A stretch of DNA of 64,000 bases from Patescibacteria group bacterium (lineage in GTDB: Bacteria; Patescibacteriota; Dojkabacteria; JAHIVN01), in contig JBDRHZ010000001.1 in NCBI GenBank assembly GCA_043816305.1, positions 839 through 64,838 on the forward strand, given 5' to 3'. A program made the position numbers and the translations under genes. This document shows, one piece after another, positions 19,825-29,784 of this stretch; positions within the stretch are counted from its first letter, which is position 1; each line of letters begins with the position of its first letter. Below the pieces are notes generated by a model. The model had not been told where the DNA came from and ran no database searches. It saw nothing but the letters and a program-made list of their open reading frames with translations.

Positions 19825-20268
19825 ATGCCGAAAGCAACCGGATCTATAAAATTCCTCGAAGATATTGCTATTGCCGATACTGCATTTTTAGTTCAAGGAA
19901 AGAATCCTGCAAAACTCTTCGAGAACGCCTCAACTGCTCTTGTGAAAACAATGGCTGATATATCAAGAATTGGTCAGACAGTATCACGTAAAATTACACT
20001 TGAAAGCGAAGAACTTGATATTCTTCTGTTTGACTACCTAAATGAACTGCTTCTGCTAAAGGATAGTGAAAATTTGTTATTCTCAAGATTCATACTAGAT
20101 ATCAAAAAACATACAAATAGTTGGAAGCTGACAGCTGAATTGATTGGCGAAAAAGCTGATCCAGAGAAGCACAAGATAACAATCGATATCAAAGCGATAA
20201 CGATGCATATGTTTAAGCTAAAGAAAACACAAGAAGGTTATGAGGCAAGAGTTGTAGTGGATATCTAA
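19825..20268 (+). CDS. archease (RtcB activator)
   Basis: 147 aa. FLEDIAIADTAFLVQGKNPAKLFENA...IKAITMH is typical of archease, and the gene lies directly upstream of rtcB. Confidence 0.85.
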   Translation: MPKATGSIKFLEDIAIADTAFLVQGKNPAKLFENASTALVKTMADISRIGQTVSRKITLESEELDILLFDYLNELLLLKDSENLLFSRFILDIKKHTNSWKLTAELIGEKADPEKHKITIDIKAITMHMFKLKKTQEGYEARVVVDI

Positions 20269-20352
20269 AAAAGTAACTGGTAGCAGGTATCCGGTAGCTG
20301 ATACCAGATCCCAGTTACCAGATACCAGATTTAACATCTTAACTACCAAGCA

Positions 20353-21804
20353 ATGCAGCAGCAAAATATCCCAACACCAGATTTCATCAAAATCGATGAT
20401 ACTACCTGGGAGATTCCAATCACTTATAAAAAAGGAATGCGAGTACCAGCAAGAATTATTGCGACGAAAAAAATACTAGATATGATGGATAAGGGAGTTT
20501 TCGAACAGGTAACAAATGTTGCTACCTTACCAGGTATCCAAAAATTCTCGTTCTGCATGCCTGACGGGCACTGGGGATACGGATTCCCTGTCGGAGGCGT
20601 TGCAGCTTTTGATATAAATGAAGGAGTAATCTCTCCAGGTGGTATTGGCTTCGATATAAACTGTGGTATGCGTGTCATAAAAACCAATCTCTCAGTAAAG
20701 GAAGTCGCACCGAGAATAAAAGACCTCATCGACAGAATGTTTAGAGATATCCCAACTGGTGTCGGTAAAAAGGGCGTTCGAATCACGAGAGAGGAACTCG
20801 CGAAAGTGGCAAAAGACGGCGCTTCCTGGTGCTTGAAGAACGGATATGGCTGGGATGAAGACCTCGAAAGAATAGAAAGTCAGGGCTGCATCGAAGACGC
20901 TGATCCGCAATTCTTAAGCGATAGAGTGGTAAAAAGAGGTATGCCACAGCTGGGAACACTTGGAAGCGGCAACCATTACCTTGAGATACAGTATATTCCA
21001 GAGAACGGAATATTTGATGCAGAGCTTGCTGATCTTTTGAATCTACACGTAGAGCAGGTTTTAATCATGGTGCACACTGGAAGCAGAGGGTTTGGTCATC
21101 AAATAGCCACCGACTACCTGAGAAAGTTTGACGCGGCTATGCGAAAGTACAGCATAACAGTTCCAGATAGGGATCTCGCCTACGCTCCCTTCCAGAGTCC
21201 CGAGGGGCAGGAATACTACAAATCAATGAACTGTGCGATAAATTATGCTTTTGCGAACAGACAAATCATAACTCACCTTGTAAGAGAAGTTTTCATGAGA
21301 GAGTTTCAGGGAACAGCAAAATCGATGGAAATGGAACTTTTATATGACGTTGCACATAACACTGCAAAAGTCGAAGAATATGACGGGAGAGAACTAATCG
21401 TCCACAGGAAAGGCTCTACTAGAAGCTTTGGACCAGGCAATCCGGAAATACCTGAAATGTATCAGGAAACTGGACAGCCGGTGATTATCGGAGGATCTAT
21501 GGAAACCGGATCATATCTCTTGGCTGGCACCAAAGAGGCTGAACAGGAAACTTTTGGATCAACTGCTCATGGATCAGGCAGAACGATGAGCAGAACTGCA
21601 GCAAGAAGAAAGGTTCACGGGAAAGAACTAGAGGAATCCTTGGCTGAGAAAGGAATATATATCCGGAGTGCATCCTACGCAGGACTTGCAGAAGAAGCCG
21701 GTCTGGCGTATAAAAATGTAGATGATGTTTGTGAGGCAGTAGACTCGGCAGGAATTTCGAAAAGAGTTGTGAAGCTACTGCCGCTTGGCAATATCAAAGG
21801 CTAA
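20353..21804 (+). CDS. rtcB: RNA-splicing ligase RtcB
   Basis: Contains CMPDGHWGYGFPVGG, GGIGFDINCGMR, GSGNHYLEIQ, HTGSRGFGHQ and HGSGR. Confidence 0.95.
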   Translation: MQQQNIPTPDFIKIDDTTWEIPITYKKGMRVPARIIATKKILDMMDKGVFEQVTNVATLPGIQKFSFCMPDGHWGYGFPVGGVAAFDINEGVISPGGIGFDINCGMRVIKTNLSVKEVAPRIKDLIDRMFRDIPTGVGKKGVRITREELAKVAKDGASWCLKNGYGWDEDLERIESQGCIEDADPQFLSDRVVKRGMPQLGTLGSGNHYLEIQYIPENGIFDAELADLLNLHVEQVLIMVHTGSRGFGHQIATDYLRKFDAAMRKYSITVPDRDLAYAPFQSPEGQEYYKSMNCAINYAFANRQIITHLVREVFMREFQGTAKSMEMELLYDVAHNTAKVEEYDGRELIVHRKGSTRSFGPGNPEIPEMYQETGQPVIIGGSMETGSYLLAGTKEAEQETFGSTAHGSGRTMSRTAARRKVHGKELEESLAEKGIYIRSASYAGLAEEAGLAYKNVDDVCEAVDSAGISKRVVKLLPLGNIKG

Positions 21805-21884
21805 AATTTTTTCATGATAAAATAAAAAAACCATCAAACAAACAAATAGCAACAATTCTGAATGAAATTGCAGATATCCTGGAA

Positions 21885-23552
21885 ATGCGGGATGAGATGA
21901 TTTTCAAAATACGTGCTTACAGAAGAGCTGCAAGAGAGATTGAAGAAAATCCACAGAAAATAGCAGACATTCAAGATCTAAAGAAGCTGCAGGAAATTCC
22001 CGGCATTGGTGAAGGAATAGCAAACAAGATCATAGAAATCTCAGAGACTGGTACTTGTGAATACTACGAACAGCTCAAAAAGACAGTTCCGGTAGACATT
22101 ACAACTCTAAATAGTATCGAAGGGCTGGGACCCAAAAAAATCAAAAGACTCTATGACGAATTAGGCATACAAACAATTCAAGATCTGGAAAAAGCCATAA
22201 AAAGAAAGAAACTCCAGGCACTTGATGGTTTCAGGGAAAAAACAGAGCAAAACCTTTTGAGGGGGATTACATCCTACAAAAAACACAGGGACAGATTTAG
22301 ACTAGATGAAGCGCTAGGATACGCACAAGACTTCGTTGAGAAGCTGAGATCTCATCCGACAACACTCAACGTCGAGATCGCAGGATCACTAAGAAGGAGA
22401 AAAGAAACTATAGGTGACGCTGACATTCTCATTTCGTCAAAAGATCCACAAGTTTCAATGGAATTTTTCACTTCACTTGAAGAAGTGTCGCGTATACTTG
22501 GGAAAGGAAAAACAAAGTCTACGATAGAATTTGATAACAGCTTCCAAGCTGATTTGCGTGTTATTGATGCAAAAAGCTGGGGAGCAGCACTTCAGTACTT
22601 TACAGGTGATAAGGCGCATAACATAAAAGTGAGAAAAATCGCGTTAGATAAAGGCCTGAAACTAAATGAATACGGTCTGTTTAATAAAACTGGGAAGTCT
22701 ATCGCTGGTAAAACTGAAAAGGAAATCTATCAAAAGCTTGGAATGCAGACACCTCCAGCCGAGATAAGAAGAGACACAGGAGAAATTGAAGCGGCATTAG
22801 AAAATAAGCTTCCAAATCTGATTGAACAGCAGCATATCAGGGGCGACCTGCAGATGCACACAACGATGAGCGATGGGATCAATTCAGCCGAAGAGATGGC
22901 TAAAAAAGGAGCTGAGCTTGGATACGAATACATCGCTATTACAGAACACAACACGGAAGGCTTAGAAGTCGCAGGAGGAGTGTCCGCAAAAGACATTCCT
23001 GATTACATCAAACAGCTCAAAAGCTCAAAGGCTCAAAAGCTCAGCTGTAAAATCCTCGCTGGACTTGAAGTAAATATTGGCAAAGATGGTACTTTGACCG
23101 TTCCTGATAAGTACCTGGAAATGCTGGATTTCGTTTTAGTTGCTATTCATTCTCACTTCAGAATGAGCAAGAATGAGATGACCAAAAGAATTCTCAAAGC
23201 GTTTGATAATCCATATGTACACGCTTTTGCTCATCCGACCGGACGACTTCTCTTACGGAGAGACCCCTATGAGTTTGATTTTGAAACTGTCTGCAAAAAA
23301 GCTAAAGAAAAAAACATTCTTTTAGAATTGAATGCTCTTCCAGAAAGACTTGACCTCGATGGAGAATCTGCAAAACTGGCGAAAGAATTCGGCTGCAAGT
23401 TTTGCATAGGAACAGACTCTCACAGTACAACCCAGCTTGAGAATATGAAGTACGGAGTGTATATGGCCAGAAGAGGCTGGCTAGAGAAAGAGAATGTTAT
23501 AAATACATTAAGTTTAAAAGAGTTAGAGAATCACCTGAGACAGAAAAAGTAA
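21885..23552 (+). CDS. polX: family X DNA polymerase with C-terminal PHP domain (PolX)
   Basis: Contains HhH motifs (IPGIGEGIANKI, IEGLGPKKIKRL), the nucleotidyltransferase motif GSLRRRKETIGDADIL and the PHP motif DLQMHTTMSDG...HSHF...GTDSH. The frame stays open upstream of the first ATG and encodes NKQIATILNEIADILE, a typical PolX N-terminus. The true start may therefore be a non-ATG codon near 21822-21860. Confidence 0.9.
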   Translation: MRDEMIFKIRAYRRAAREIEENPQKIADIQDLKKLQEIPGIGEGIANKIIEISETGTCEYYEQLKKTVPVDITTLNSIEGLGPKKIKRLYDELGIQTIQDLEKAIKRKKLQALDGFREKTEQNLLRGITSYKKHRDRFRLDEALGYAQDFVEKLRSHPTTLNVEIAGSLRRRKETIGDADILISSKDPQVSMEFFTSLEEVSRILGKGKTKSTIEFDNSFQADLRVIDAKSWGAALQYFTGDKAHNIKVRKIALDKGLKLNEYGLFNKTGKSIAGKTEKEIYQKLGMQTPPAEIRRDTGEIEAALENKLPNLIEQQHIRGDLQMHTTMSDGINSAEEMAKKGAELGYEYIAITEHNTEGLEVAGGVSAKDIPDYIKQLKSSKAQKLSCKILAGLEVNIGKDGTLTVPDKYLEMLDFVLVAIHSHFRMSKNEMTKRILKAFDNPYVHAFAHPTGRLLLRRDPYEFDFETVCKKAKEKNILLELNALPERLDLDGESAKLAKEFGCKFCIGTDSHSTTQLENMKYGVYMARRGWLEKENVINTLSLKELENHLRQKK

Positions 23553-23624
23553 TCGTTAAATCTTCAGTTCCCAGTTCTCCGAGGCTACAACATTGGAACT
23601 ATTTAAATAAGAATAGATAAAGTT

Positions 23625-24824
23625 ATGAAAGAATACGATGTGGTTATAATAGGGGCAGGGCCAGCTGGCTGCCAGTGTGCTAGAAAATTATCAGATGGGA
23701 AAAGAAAAGTTCTGGTTATTGATAAGATAAAAGACTTTAATGATAATGATTTTTCGAGTGCAGGGGCACCTATTGAAATAGTGGATCAATTTAATCTTTC
23801 CCGGGAAGTGATCTCCGCACACTGGAATCAGATTAAAATTTCCACATCAAAGAATAATCATATTTGGAAATCCGACAAAGCTCTTGGAATTGTAATGGAT
23901 TTCACTAAACTCAAGAAGTCCCTGCTTAAAGATGCCCAGAGGAAGAAATGTGAAGTATCGCTCGGTACTAAATTTAAAAAGATACAGAAACACACAGAAG
24001 GCTACATCATCCACTTTGAAGATATTATCTCAAGTCATACTTTTGGCGTGAAGGCAAAAGTCATTGTTGATGCAACGGGTCCACAAAGAGCTGTCATCAA
24101 TCCTCAAAAGAAAAATCTGAATTTATTTATTGGAATAGGGCTCGAATACCTAATAGAATTCGACCGTACAATCACATCAGAATTTTCTGAGAGTCGGCTT
24201 GACTTTTTATTAGGCTATAAATAGATTCCACATGGATATGGCTGGGTATTCCCGATGGGGAGCGATATTGCAAAAGTGGGTGTGGGATATTTCAAATTTT
24301 CAAAAGGACTTAATAGCCCAGGAAAATCGCTGAAGGATTATATTAAACAAATTATTCAAGAATATATGAAGCTCCACGAATACAAGATCGTAGATATTCA
24401 TGGCTCAAATCTTTTGTATAGTGAATCACAAAGAGACATATACTATAAAGACAATATTATTGCCGTTGGCGATGCCATTTCATGTGTTAATCCGTTGGGC
24501 GGAGAAGGCATACGGCATGCTATGCATAGCGCAGATATAGTTTCCAGGTTCATTGTTATTTATCTTGACACACAGGAGTATCTTTTCGAAGATTATGAAA
24601 AAGAGATGCGTAAATACTTTGGCAAGAAATGGCTAATCAGCGAAAAGCTTAGAAAAATCGTATATGGACAATTGAACAACGAGATGATAGAAAAAGGTTT
24701 TAACTATGCAACCGGTTTTTCTACAAATGAGCTGATGGATCTGCTCTTCTTCTACAAATTTGATCGAATTGACAACGCCCTCAACAATTTTATTCTTAAT
24801 AAACTTAAACGATTATTCTCGTAA
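23625..24824 (+). pseudogene. geranylgeranyl reductase-family FAD oxidoreductase interrupted by one in-frame TAG
   Basis: ORFs 23625-24224 and 24255-24824 share one frame. The N-terminus has YDVVIIGAGPAGCQCAR (FAD GxGxxG). Across the TAG (24222-24224) the frame reads LLGYK*IPHGYGWVFPMG, the conserved GYGW(V/I)FP block. The downstream part has GDA...NPLGGEGI. Confidence 0.75.
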
Positions 24825-24861
24825 ATTTGCATTTCTCACAGGATACTTTATACTATGTTTC

Positions 24862-25104
24862 ATGAATAGAAAAGTCCCGGAAACATTTAAGCATCTATTT
24901 TGGGACCACGATATTGATAACCTCTGTCCCAAAAATCACAAAGGTTTTATCATTGAACGCCTAATGGAAAAAGGATCTGTCGATTCCTTGCAGTGGATAT
25001 TTAAACAGTATTCTCAAACGGAAATAATCTCGGTCATAAATCAAAGCCCCAATCTAACCCCTAAAACAAGAAACTTTTGGAATCTCATTTTAAATGAAGG
25101 ATAG
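24862..25104 (+). CDS. small conserved protein upstream of AbiEii-like toxin (putative cognate antitoxin)
   Basis: 80 aa from the first plausible ATG (MNRKVPETFKHLFWDHDIDNL...FIIERLMEKGS...NFWNLIL). It overlaps the downstream nucleotidyltransferase gene by 11 nt. Confidence 0.5.
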   Translation: MNRKVPETFKHLFWDHDIDNLCPKNHKGFIIERLMEKGSVDSLQWIFKQYSQTEIISVINQSPNLTPKTRNFWNLILNEG

Positions 25105-25729
25105 CCTCTATAAACTTGTACTTTCCAAGCAGAGTCTGGATTTGCTAAGTACTATAAATTCAATTGAAGATTATGATAATTTCTACCTGGCTGGAGGTAC
25201 TTCTCTCGCTCTACAGATCGGCCATAGAAAATCTATCGATCTCGATTTCTTCTCTCCCCAAGAATTCAAAAGCTCAATTATCCACTCTTTTGGCCAGAAA
25301 TACGAGATAACATCTCTGCACGATAATTCTATCGAACTGACATCGAAAAATACCCGGCTGTTTTTTTTCTTCTTTGCCTTCCCATTATACAAAAAGATAG
25401 TAGTAAAGGAGAACATTCGCCTTGCTCATCCGATTGATATCGGACTCATGAAGCTCTTGGCTCTTCAAGGAAGGACTGCTAAAAAAGACATTATCGACTT
25501 GTACTTCCTGAACAAATACATCATTAGGCTTGGAGCACTCCTGAAAATCTTCGAAAAACATTATCCGAAGGAAAGCTTCAACAGTTATGACTCTTTGAAA
25601 ACCTTACTGGACCCAGCAGTACTAGAAACACAGCCAATGCCTGTTATGCTCAAGAAGTGCACATGGAAAAAATGTTACGACTTAGTCAAAGAGAAAGTCT
25701 CAAATCACATAAAAATGATTGTACTATAA
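25094..25729 (+). CDS. nucleotidyltransferase AbiEii/AbiGii (DUF1814)-like toxin family protein
   Basis: FYLAGGTSLALQIGHRKSIDLDFFS is the hallmark N-terminal motif of this family. 211 aa. Confidence 0.7.
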   Translation: MKDSLYKLVLSKQSLDLLSTINSIEDYDNFYLAGGTSLALQIGHRKSIDLDFFSPQEFKSSIIHSFGQKYEITSLHDNSIELTSKNTRLFFFFFAFPLYKKIVVKENIRLAHPIDIGLMKLLALQGRTAKKDIIDLYFLNKYIIRLGALLKIFEKHYPKESFNSYDSLKTLLDPAVLETQPMPVMLKKCTWKKCYDLVKEKVSNHIKMIVL

Positions 25730-25770
25730 CCCAGCCCAAAGTATCCTTTGTTCTGTAAACTGAAATCCGT

Positions 25771-25788
25771 TTGCCTGCCTCTGGCAGG
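25771..25788. repeat. GC-rich palindromic element copy (TTGCCTGCC-TCT-GGCAGG)
   Basis: Hairpin CCTGCC/GGCAGG. The same 16-17 nt word (ttgcctgcctct(t)ggca) recurs inside dus at 43457-43473. Confidence 0.6.
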
Positions 25789-25841
25789 TAATCAGCAGTC
25801 AGCTGTCAGCATTCAGCTAGTTAACATAGTTCATAATTATT

Positions 25842-25913
25842 AATCATCTTAACCATTTCTATCATCTTGATCATCTTAATCATCTCGACCATTTCGATCT
25901 TCTTAATCACTTC
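25842..25913. repeat. degenerate 9-bp tandem repeat, 8 units
   Basis: The units are aatcatctt, aaccatttc, tatcatctt, gatcatctt, aatcatctc, gaccatttc, gatcttctt and aatcacttc. Confidence 0.8.
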
Positions 25914-25925
25914 TACATCCGAATT

Positions 25926-26357
25926 TCATTTTTGTTTAGGACTTTGAGTTTCGTATTTCGTTAAAGCATTCTTCAGTGCCTTCACTGCCAGCTGTGCACA
26001 CTCCATCTTATTCTGAGGCAGGGATCCTAGATGCTCCCTGATGTCTTCATCGCTCAGTTTATTCGCTTCTTCAAGCGTTTTTCCTTTGATCATAACTGTC
26101 AGTGCAGATCCTGATATGCAAGCTCCTGCACAGCCCAAAGCTTCGAACACAGCTTCTTGGATAATCCCAGCGTTATCGAGCTTCAGCGAAACCGACATAT
26201 AGTCGCCACAGTGCCCAAGTTCTTCGCCTTTCACGCTCGGAGCTTCGAGCTCTCTAAAATTCAGTTTTTTCTTGTAGTACTCGATGCCCTTATCAGAGTA
26301 ACCAAGTTTACGCATGAGTTCGTCCTGTTTTGTAACTTCAGATGCCTTTGTAGCCAT
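25926..26357 (-). CDS. IscU/NifU N-terminal-like Fe-S scaffold protein
   Basis: 143 aa with three Cys-ligand regions: GHCGDYMS, GCAGACISGSA and KMECAQLAVKAL. Confidence 0.75.
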   Translation of the reverse strand: MATKASEVTKQDELMRKLGYSDKGIEYYKKKLNFRELEAPSVKGEELGHCGDYMSVSLKLDNAGIIQEAVFEALGCAGACISGSALTVMIKGKTLEEANKLSDEDIREHLGSLPQNKMECAQLAVKALKNALTKYETQSPKQK

Positions 26358-26549
26358 ATGCTTTACATAACTAATAGTAATTTAGTATTAGTTTACCAGA
26401 AGTGTTTGATTTAGTCAACACACAACTAATGCACCTGAATTCAACAATTAATTTGCATAATTAACAATAAGTTAACTATTGAATCATCTGAATTTTCTTT
26501 TCCAAATATCTCCGAATCTGATATCATTCACTTATTACCAGTTAAAACT

Positions 26550-27263
26550 ATGAAATACAAAGCTGTCTTGTTTGATGTTGATGATACACTTTGTAAAACT
26601 GCCGGTACAAAAGGCTATGTTTTCGACCAGTTATATAGAAATCACAAAATCTTCCACAGTGTTCCAATTGAAAAGTTTAGGAAAATTCTAACTGAATCAC
26701 GGGAGAAATATTTCAATAAGCTCATAAGCAAAGGGTTTAATACTTATGCAAGAATTGAATTCTGGTTCGAGATTATGAAGAATTTGAAGATTGTGGTCCC
26801 GGTTGTAGAATTATCTGAAATCGTTACTGAATATTGGGAGCTTACATATGAACACGTAGTCCCCTATCCAGGACTTCAGGAAATGCTTGAGGAATTAAGG
26901 AAGCTGGACGGAATTATAATAGCGACACTGACGGCTGGCGATTATTATTCAAAAACAGAAAAACTCATGAAACTCGGAATAGAAAAGTATTTCGACTACA
27001 ACTTCGTAACGGAACTGGTGCAGAAACCTAAAACAACCGGACACATTTATCAGTACGTTTTAGACTACCTGAATCTGGAACCAAAGGAAGTCTTGATGGT
27101 AGGAGACAAGCCGCACGAGGATATCATTCCTGCAAATAAAATCGGTATTGATACAGTACAAGTAACTATACGGGGAGACTTTGAAGTTGCAGCCAAGGGA
27201 CATGCCAAACCGGATTTCGTGACAGATAACCTGAAAGAGCTAATACAAATAATAAATAATTAA
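26550..27263 (+). CDS. HAD-superfamily hydrolase (paralog 1)
   Basis: Motif I is AVLFDVDDTLC. The C-terminus has MVGDKPHEDIIPANKIGIDTV (motif IV). Confidence 0.8.
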   Translation: MKYKAVLFDVDDTLCKTAGTKGYVFDQLYRNHKIFHSVPIEKFRKILTESREKYFNKLISKGFNTYARIEFWFEIMKNLKIVVPVVELSEIVTEYWELTYEHVVPYPGLQEMLEELRKLDGIIIATLTAGDYYSKTEKLMKLGIEKYFDYNFVTELVQKPKTTGHIYQYVLDYLNLEPKEVLMVGDKPHEDIIPANKIGIDTVQVTIRGDFEVAAKGHAKPDFVTDNLKELIQIINN

Positions 27264-27273
27264 CCTTAATAAT

Positions 27274-27996
27274 ATGAAATATACTACTGTCATATTTGAT
27301 TTGGATGATACCTTATGCAACACATCCGAAAGCAAGGCAAAAGTCTTTTCTCAAATTTATCGTGATAATTCAAAGCTGCATGTAGTTTCAGAGGAGGAGT
27401 TTACAGTACTCATCACAAAAGAACGTCAGCGCTATCTGGATAGGGTTGGAGGAATGCAGACATTTGCCAGAATAGAGATGTGGCTTGGACTTGTAAGCAA
27501 GTTAAAGATCAATCTCTCTGTAAGAGAATTGAAAACGATAATTGATGATTACTGGAAATACACACTGCAGGAGATACAGCTGTTCCCGGATACTTTGGAA
27601 ACTCTTGACGAACTTATGACTATGGACATGGTTACAGTCCTTGTCACAGGGGGAGATTTTTATACTAAGGCCAGCAAGCTCATCAAGCTTGGCATTGACA
27701 ATCACTTTAAATATGTTTTTACCGCTGACCTGATAAGACAGCCTAAAAATGATCCTGCAATCTATAGATATGTTCTGAACTACATAAATGTTCAAGCACC
27801 ACGTGCGATAATGGTTGGAAATGATCCCGAGCAGGATATCATTCCAGCAAATCAAATAGGGATAACTACAGTCCAGATATTTGCTGATGACGCAGGAACT
27901 AGCGAACAGGGAGATTCCTCCCCCAGTTTCAAGATTAATAATCTGCACGAACTTATTCCTGTTTTAGAAGGCCAAACAGGAGATCGAGCAAAATAA
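27274..27996 (+). CDS. HAD-superfamily hydrolase (paralog 2, tandem duplicate)
   Basis: Contains TVIFDLDDTLC and MVGNDPEQDIIPANQIGITTV. It is colinear with the upstream paralog. Confidence 0.8.
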   Translation: MKYTTVIFDLDDTLCNTSESKAKVFSQIYRDNSKLHVVSEEEFTVLITKERQRYLDRVGGMQTFARIEMWLGLVSKLKINLSVRELKTIIDDYWKYTLQEIQLFPDTLETLDELMTMDMVTVLVTGGDFYTKASKLIKLGIDNHFKYVFTADLIRQPKNDPAIYRYVLNYINVQAPRAIMVGNDPEQDIIPANQIGITTVQIFADDAGTSEQGDSSPSFKINNLHELIPVLEGQTGDRAK

Positions 27997-28072
27997 TTAA
28001 ACAGGATGCCTGTAAACTAACATAAATATTTATGTTATACTTTTCATTCAGTTAATCTGAATATTACAAAAC

Positions 28073-29296
28073 ATGATTAACCCTTCAATTCAAAATGATT
28101 TTCCCATCTTTTCTACGAAAATAAACGGCAAACCACTTATCTATTTTGATAATTCTGCAACAAGCCAAAGACCTCAGGTAATGATAGACAAGCTTGTCGA
28201 ATATTACGAGAAGTTTAATGCCAGTATCCACAGAGGAATTCATTCATTGAGCGAGAAGGCAACAGAAGAATATGAGCACTCGAGGACAAAGGTTGCCCGA
28301 TTCATAAACGCCAATGAGGACAAAGAGATAATCTACACTAGAAATGCCACAGAATCGATAAATCTCGTCGCGTATTCCTGGGGTATGAATTACCTCAAAA
28401 AGGGAGATGTGGTTCTGATATCCGACCTTGAGCATCACAGCAATATTGTCCCTTGGCAGATACTGGAGAAAAAAATAGGCGTAAAAATAGAATGCATTCC
28501 CCTAGACAAAGATTTCGGGCTTGATCTTGAGGAATATAAAAGACTGCTTCAGCTCAAGCCAAAACTTGTTGCTGTAATACATGCATCGAATGTAACAGGA
28601 ACAGTGAATCCTATAAAGGAGATTACTAGTCTGGCACATGCGGCTGGTGCCCGGGTCCTGGTCGACGCTGCTCAAAGCACACCACATATGAAAATAGATA
28701 TTCAAGACTATGACTGCGATTTCCTTGGTTTCTCTGCTCATAAGATGTGCGGACCGACAGGAATGGGTGTTCTATATGGAAAAAAGAAACTTCTGGAAGA
28801 GATGCCTCCATTTCTAACCGGCGGCGGAATGATAAAATCAGTCTCTTGCGAAAAAACGACTTGGAATAACTTACCTGATAAATTTGAAGCCGGAACACCA
28901 AATATTGCTGGTGCGATAGCTTTTGGAGCAACAATCGATTATCTAGAGGATATTGGTATGGACAACATCGAAAAACACGAAAGAGACCTTGTATCTTATG
29001 CTCTGAACAAACTTTCTCACATAAAGGGATTAGAAGTTTTTGGCCAGGACAACTCTCACGAAACCCGTGGAGGAATGATCTCATTCACAATGGGCTATGC
29101 CCATCCACATGACATTTCTCAAATTCTGAACGAAGAGGGAATCGCTGTCAGGTCCGGACATCACTGTGCACAACCATTGCATACTAAATTTGGGAAGGCT
29201 TCAACAACCCGCGCAAGTTTTTATTTTTACAATAAAAAGGAAGAGGTAGATGTGATGATTGAAGCACTCGAAAAAGTCAGGAAGATTTTTTCTTAA
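28073..29296 (+). CDS. sufS: cysteine desulfurase SufS (class V aminotransferase)
   Basis: Contains YFDNSATSQRPQ, HHSNIVPWQ, SAHKMCGPTGMGVLYG (PLP Lys) and RSGHHCAQP (catalytic Cys). Confidence 0.95.
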   Translation: MINPSIQNDFPIFSTKINGKPLIYFDNSATSQRPQVMIDKLVEYYEKFNASIHRGIHSLSEKATEEYEHSRTKVARFINANEDKEIIYTRNATESINLVAYSWGMNYLKKGDVVLISDLEHHSNIVPWQILEKKIGVKIECIPLDKDFGLDLEEYKRLLQLKPKLVAVIHASNVTGTVNPIKEITSLAHAAGARVLVDAAQSTPHMKIDIQDYDCDFLGFSAHKMCGPTGMGVLYGKKKLLEEMPPFLTGGGMIKSVSCEKTTWNNLPDKFEAGTPNIAGAIAFGATIDYLEDIGMDNIEKHERDLVSYALNKLSHIKGLEVFGQDNSHETRGGMISFTMGYAHPHDISQILNEEGIAVRSGHHCAQPLHTKFGKASTTRASFYFYNKKEEVDVMIEALEKVRKIFS

Positions 29297-29340
29297 GTTA
29301 CTAAAGTCAGATTTTATAAAAATCTAAACTAGATCTAAAT

Positions 29341-29715
29341 ATGGATCTTTACCGTCAACACATTCTTGAACATTATAAGAGTCCAAAGAATTTTGGATCT
29401 ATAAAGTCAAGTTCAAAGTCGTCACATGGAGAAAACCCTTCCTGCGGAGATAGTATCACTATGGATGTCACTTTTAAAAACGGAACTATCGATGACATAA
29501 AGTTCAGGGGGGAGGGATGTGCCGTATCCATTGCTTCGGCGTCAATGCTTACCGAGAAAGTAAAGGGGATGGAAATGACACAAATTGCTAACTTAGGACT
29601 TTCTGATTTACAGGAGATTTTGGGAATTGAGATCACTCCAGCAAGACAAAAATGTGCACTTCTACCGCTTACAGTATTAAAAAAAATAATACTTACAGAA
29701 CTCAGTTCTAAATAG
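29341..29715 (+). CDS. sufU: SUF system Fe-S assembly scaffold SufU
   Basis: Contains LYRQHILEHYKSPKNFG, NPSCGD, GEGCAVSIAS and KCALLP. Confidence 0.9.
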   Translation: MDLYRQHILEHYKSPKNFGSIKSSSKSSHGENPSCGDSITMDVTFKNGTIDDIKFRGEGCAVSIASASMLTEKVKGMEMTQIANLGLSDLQEILGIEITPARQKCALLPLTVLKKIILTELSSK

Positions 29716-29784
29716 TGAGTATATAGTTTATTTTACCGATATTTCAGTTTGATTGTATCTTGACATACATGATAAAATTGATTT

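Noticed and set aside
24760-24861. Upstream extension of the small ORF (track start 24760)
   Set aside because: The extension overlaps the end of the reductase gene in another frame. The conserved part begins at the ATG at 24862.
25842-25913. Possible CRISPR array
   Set aside because: The units are only 9 bp, directly abutting, degenerate and without spacers. This is a simple tandem repeat, not a repeat-spacer architecture. No cas genes are present in the window.
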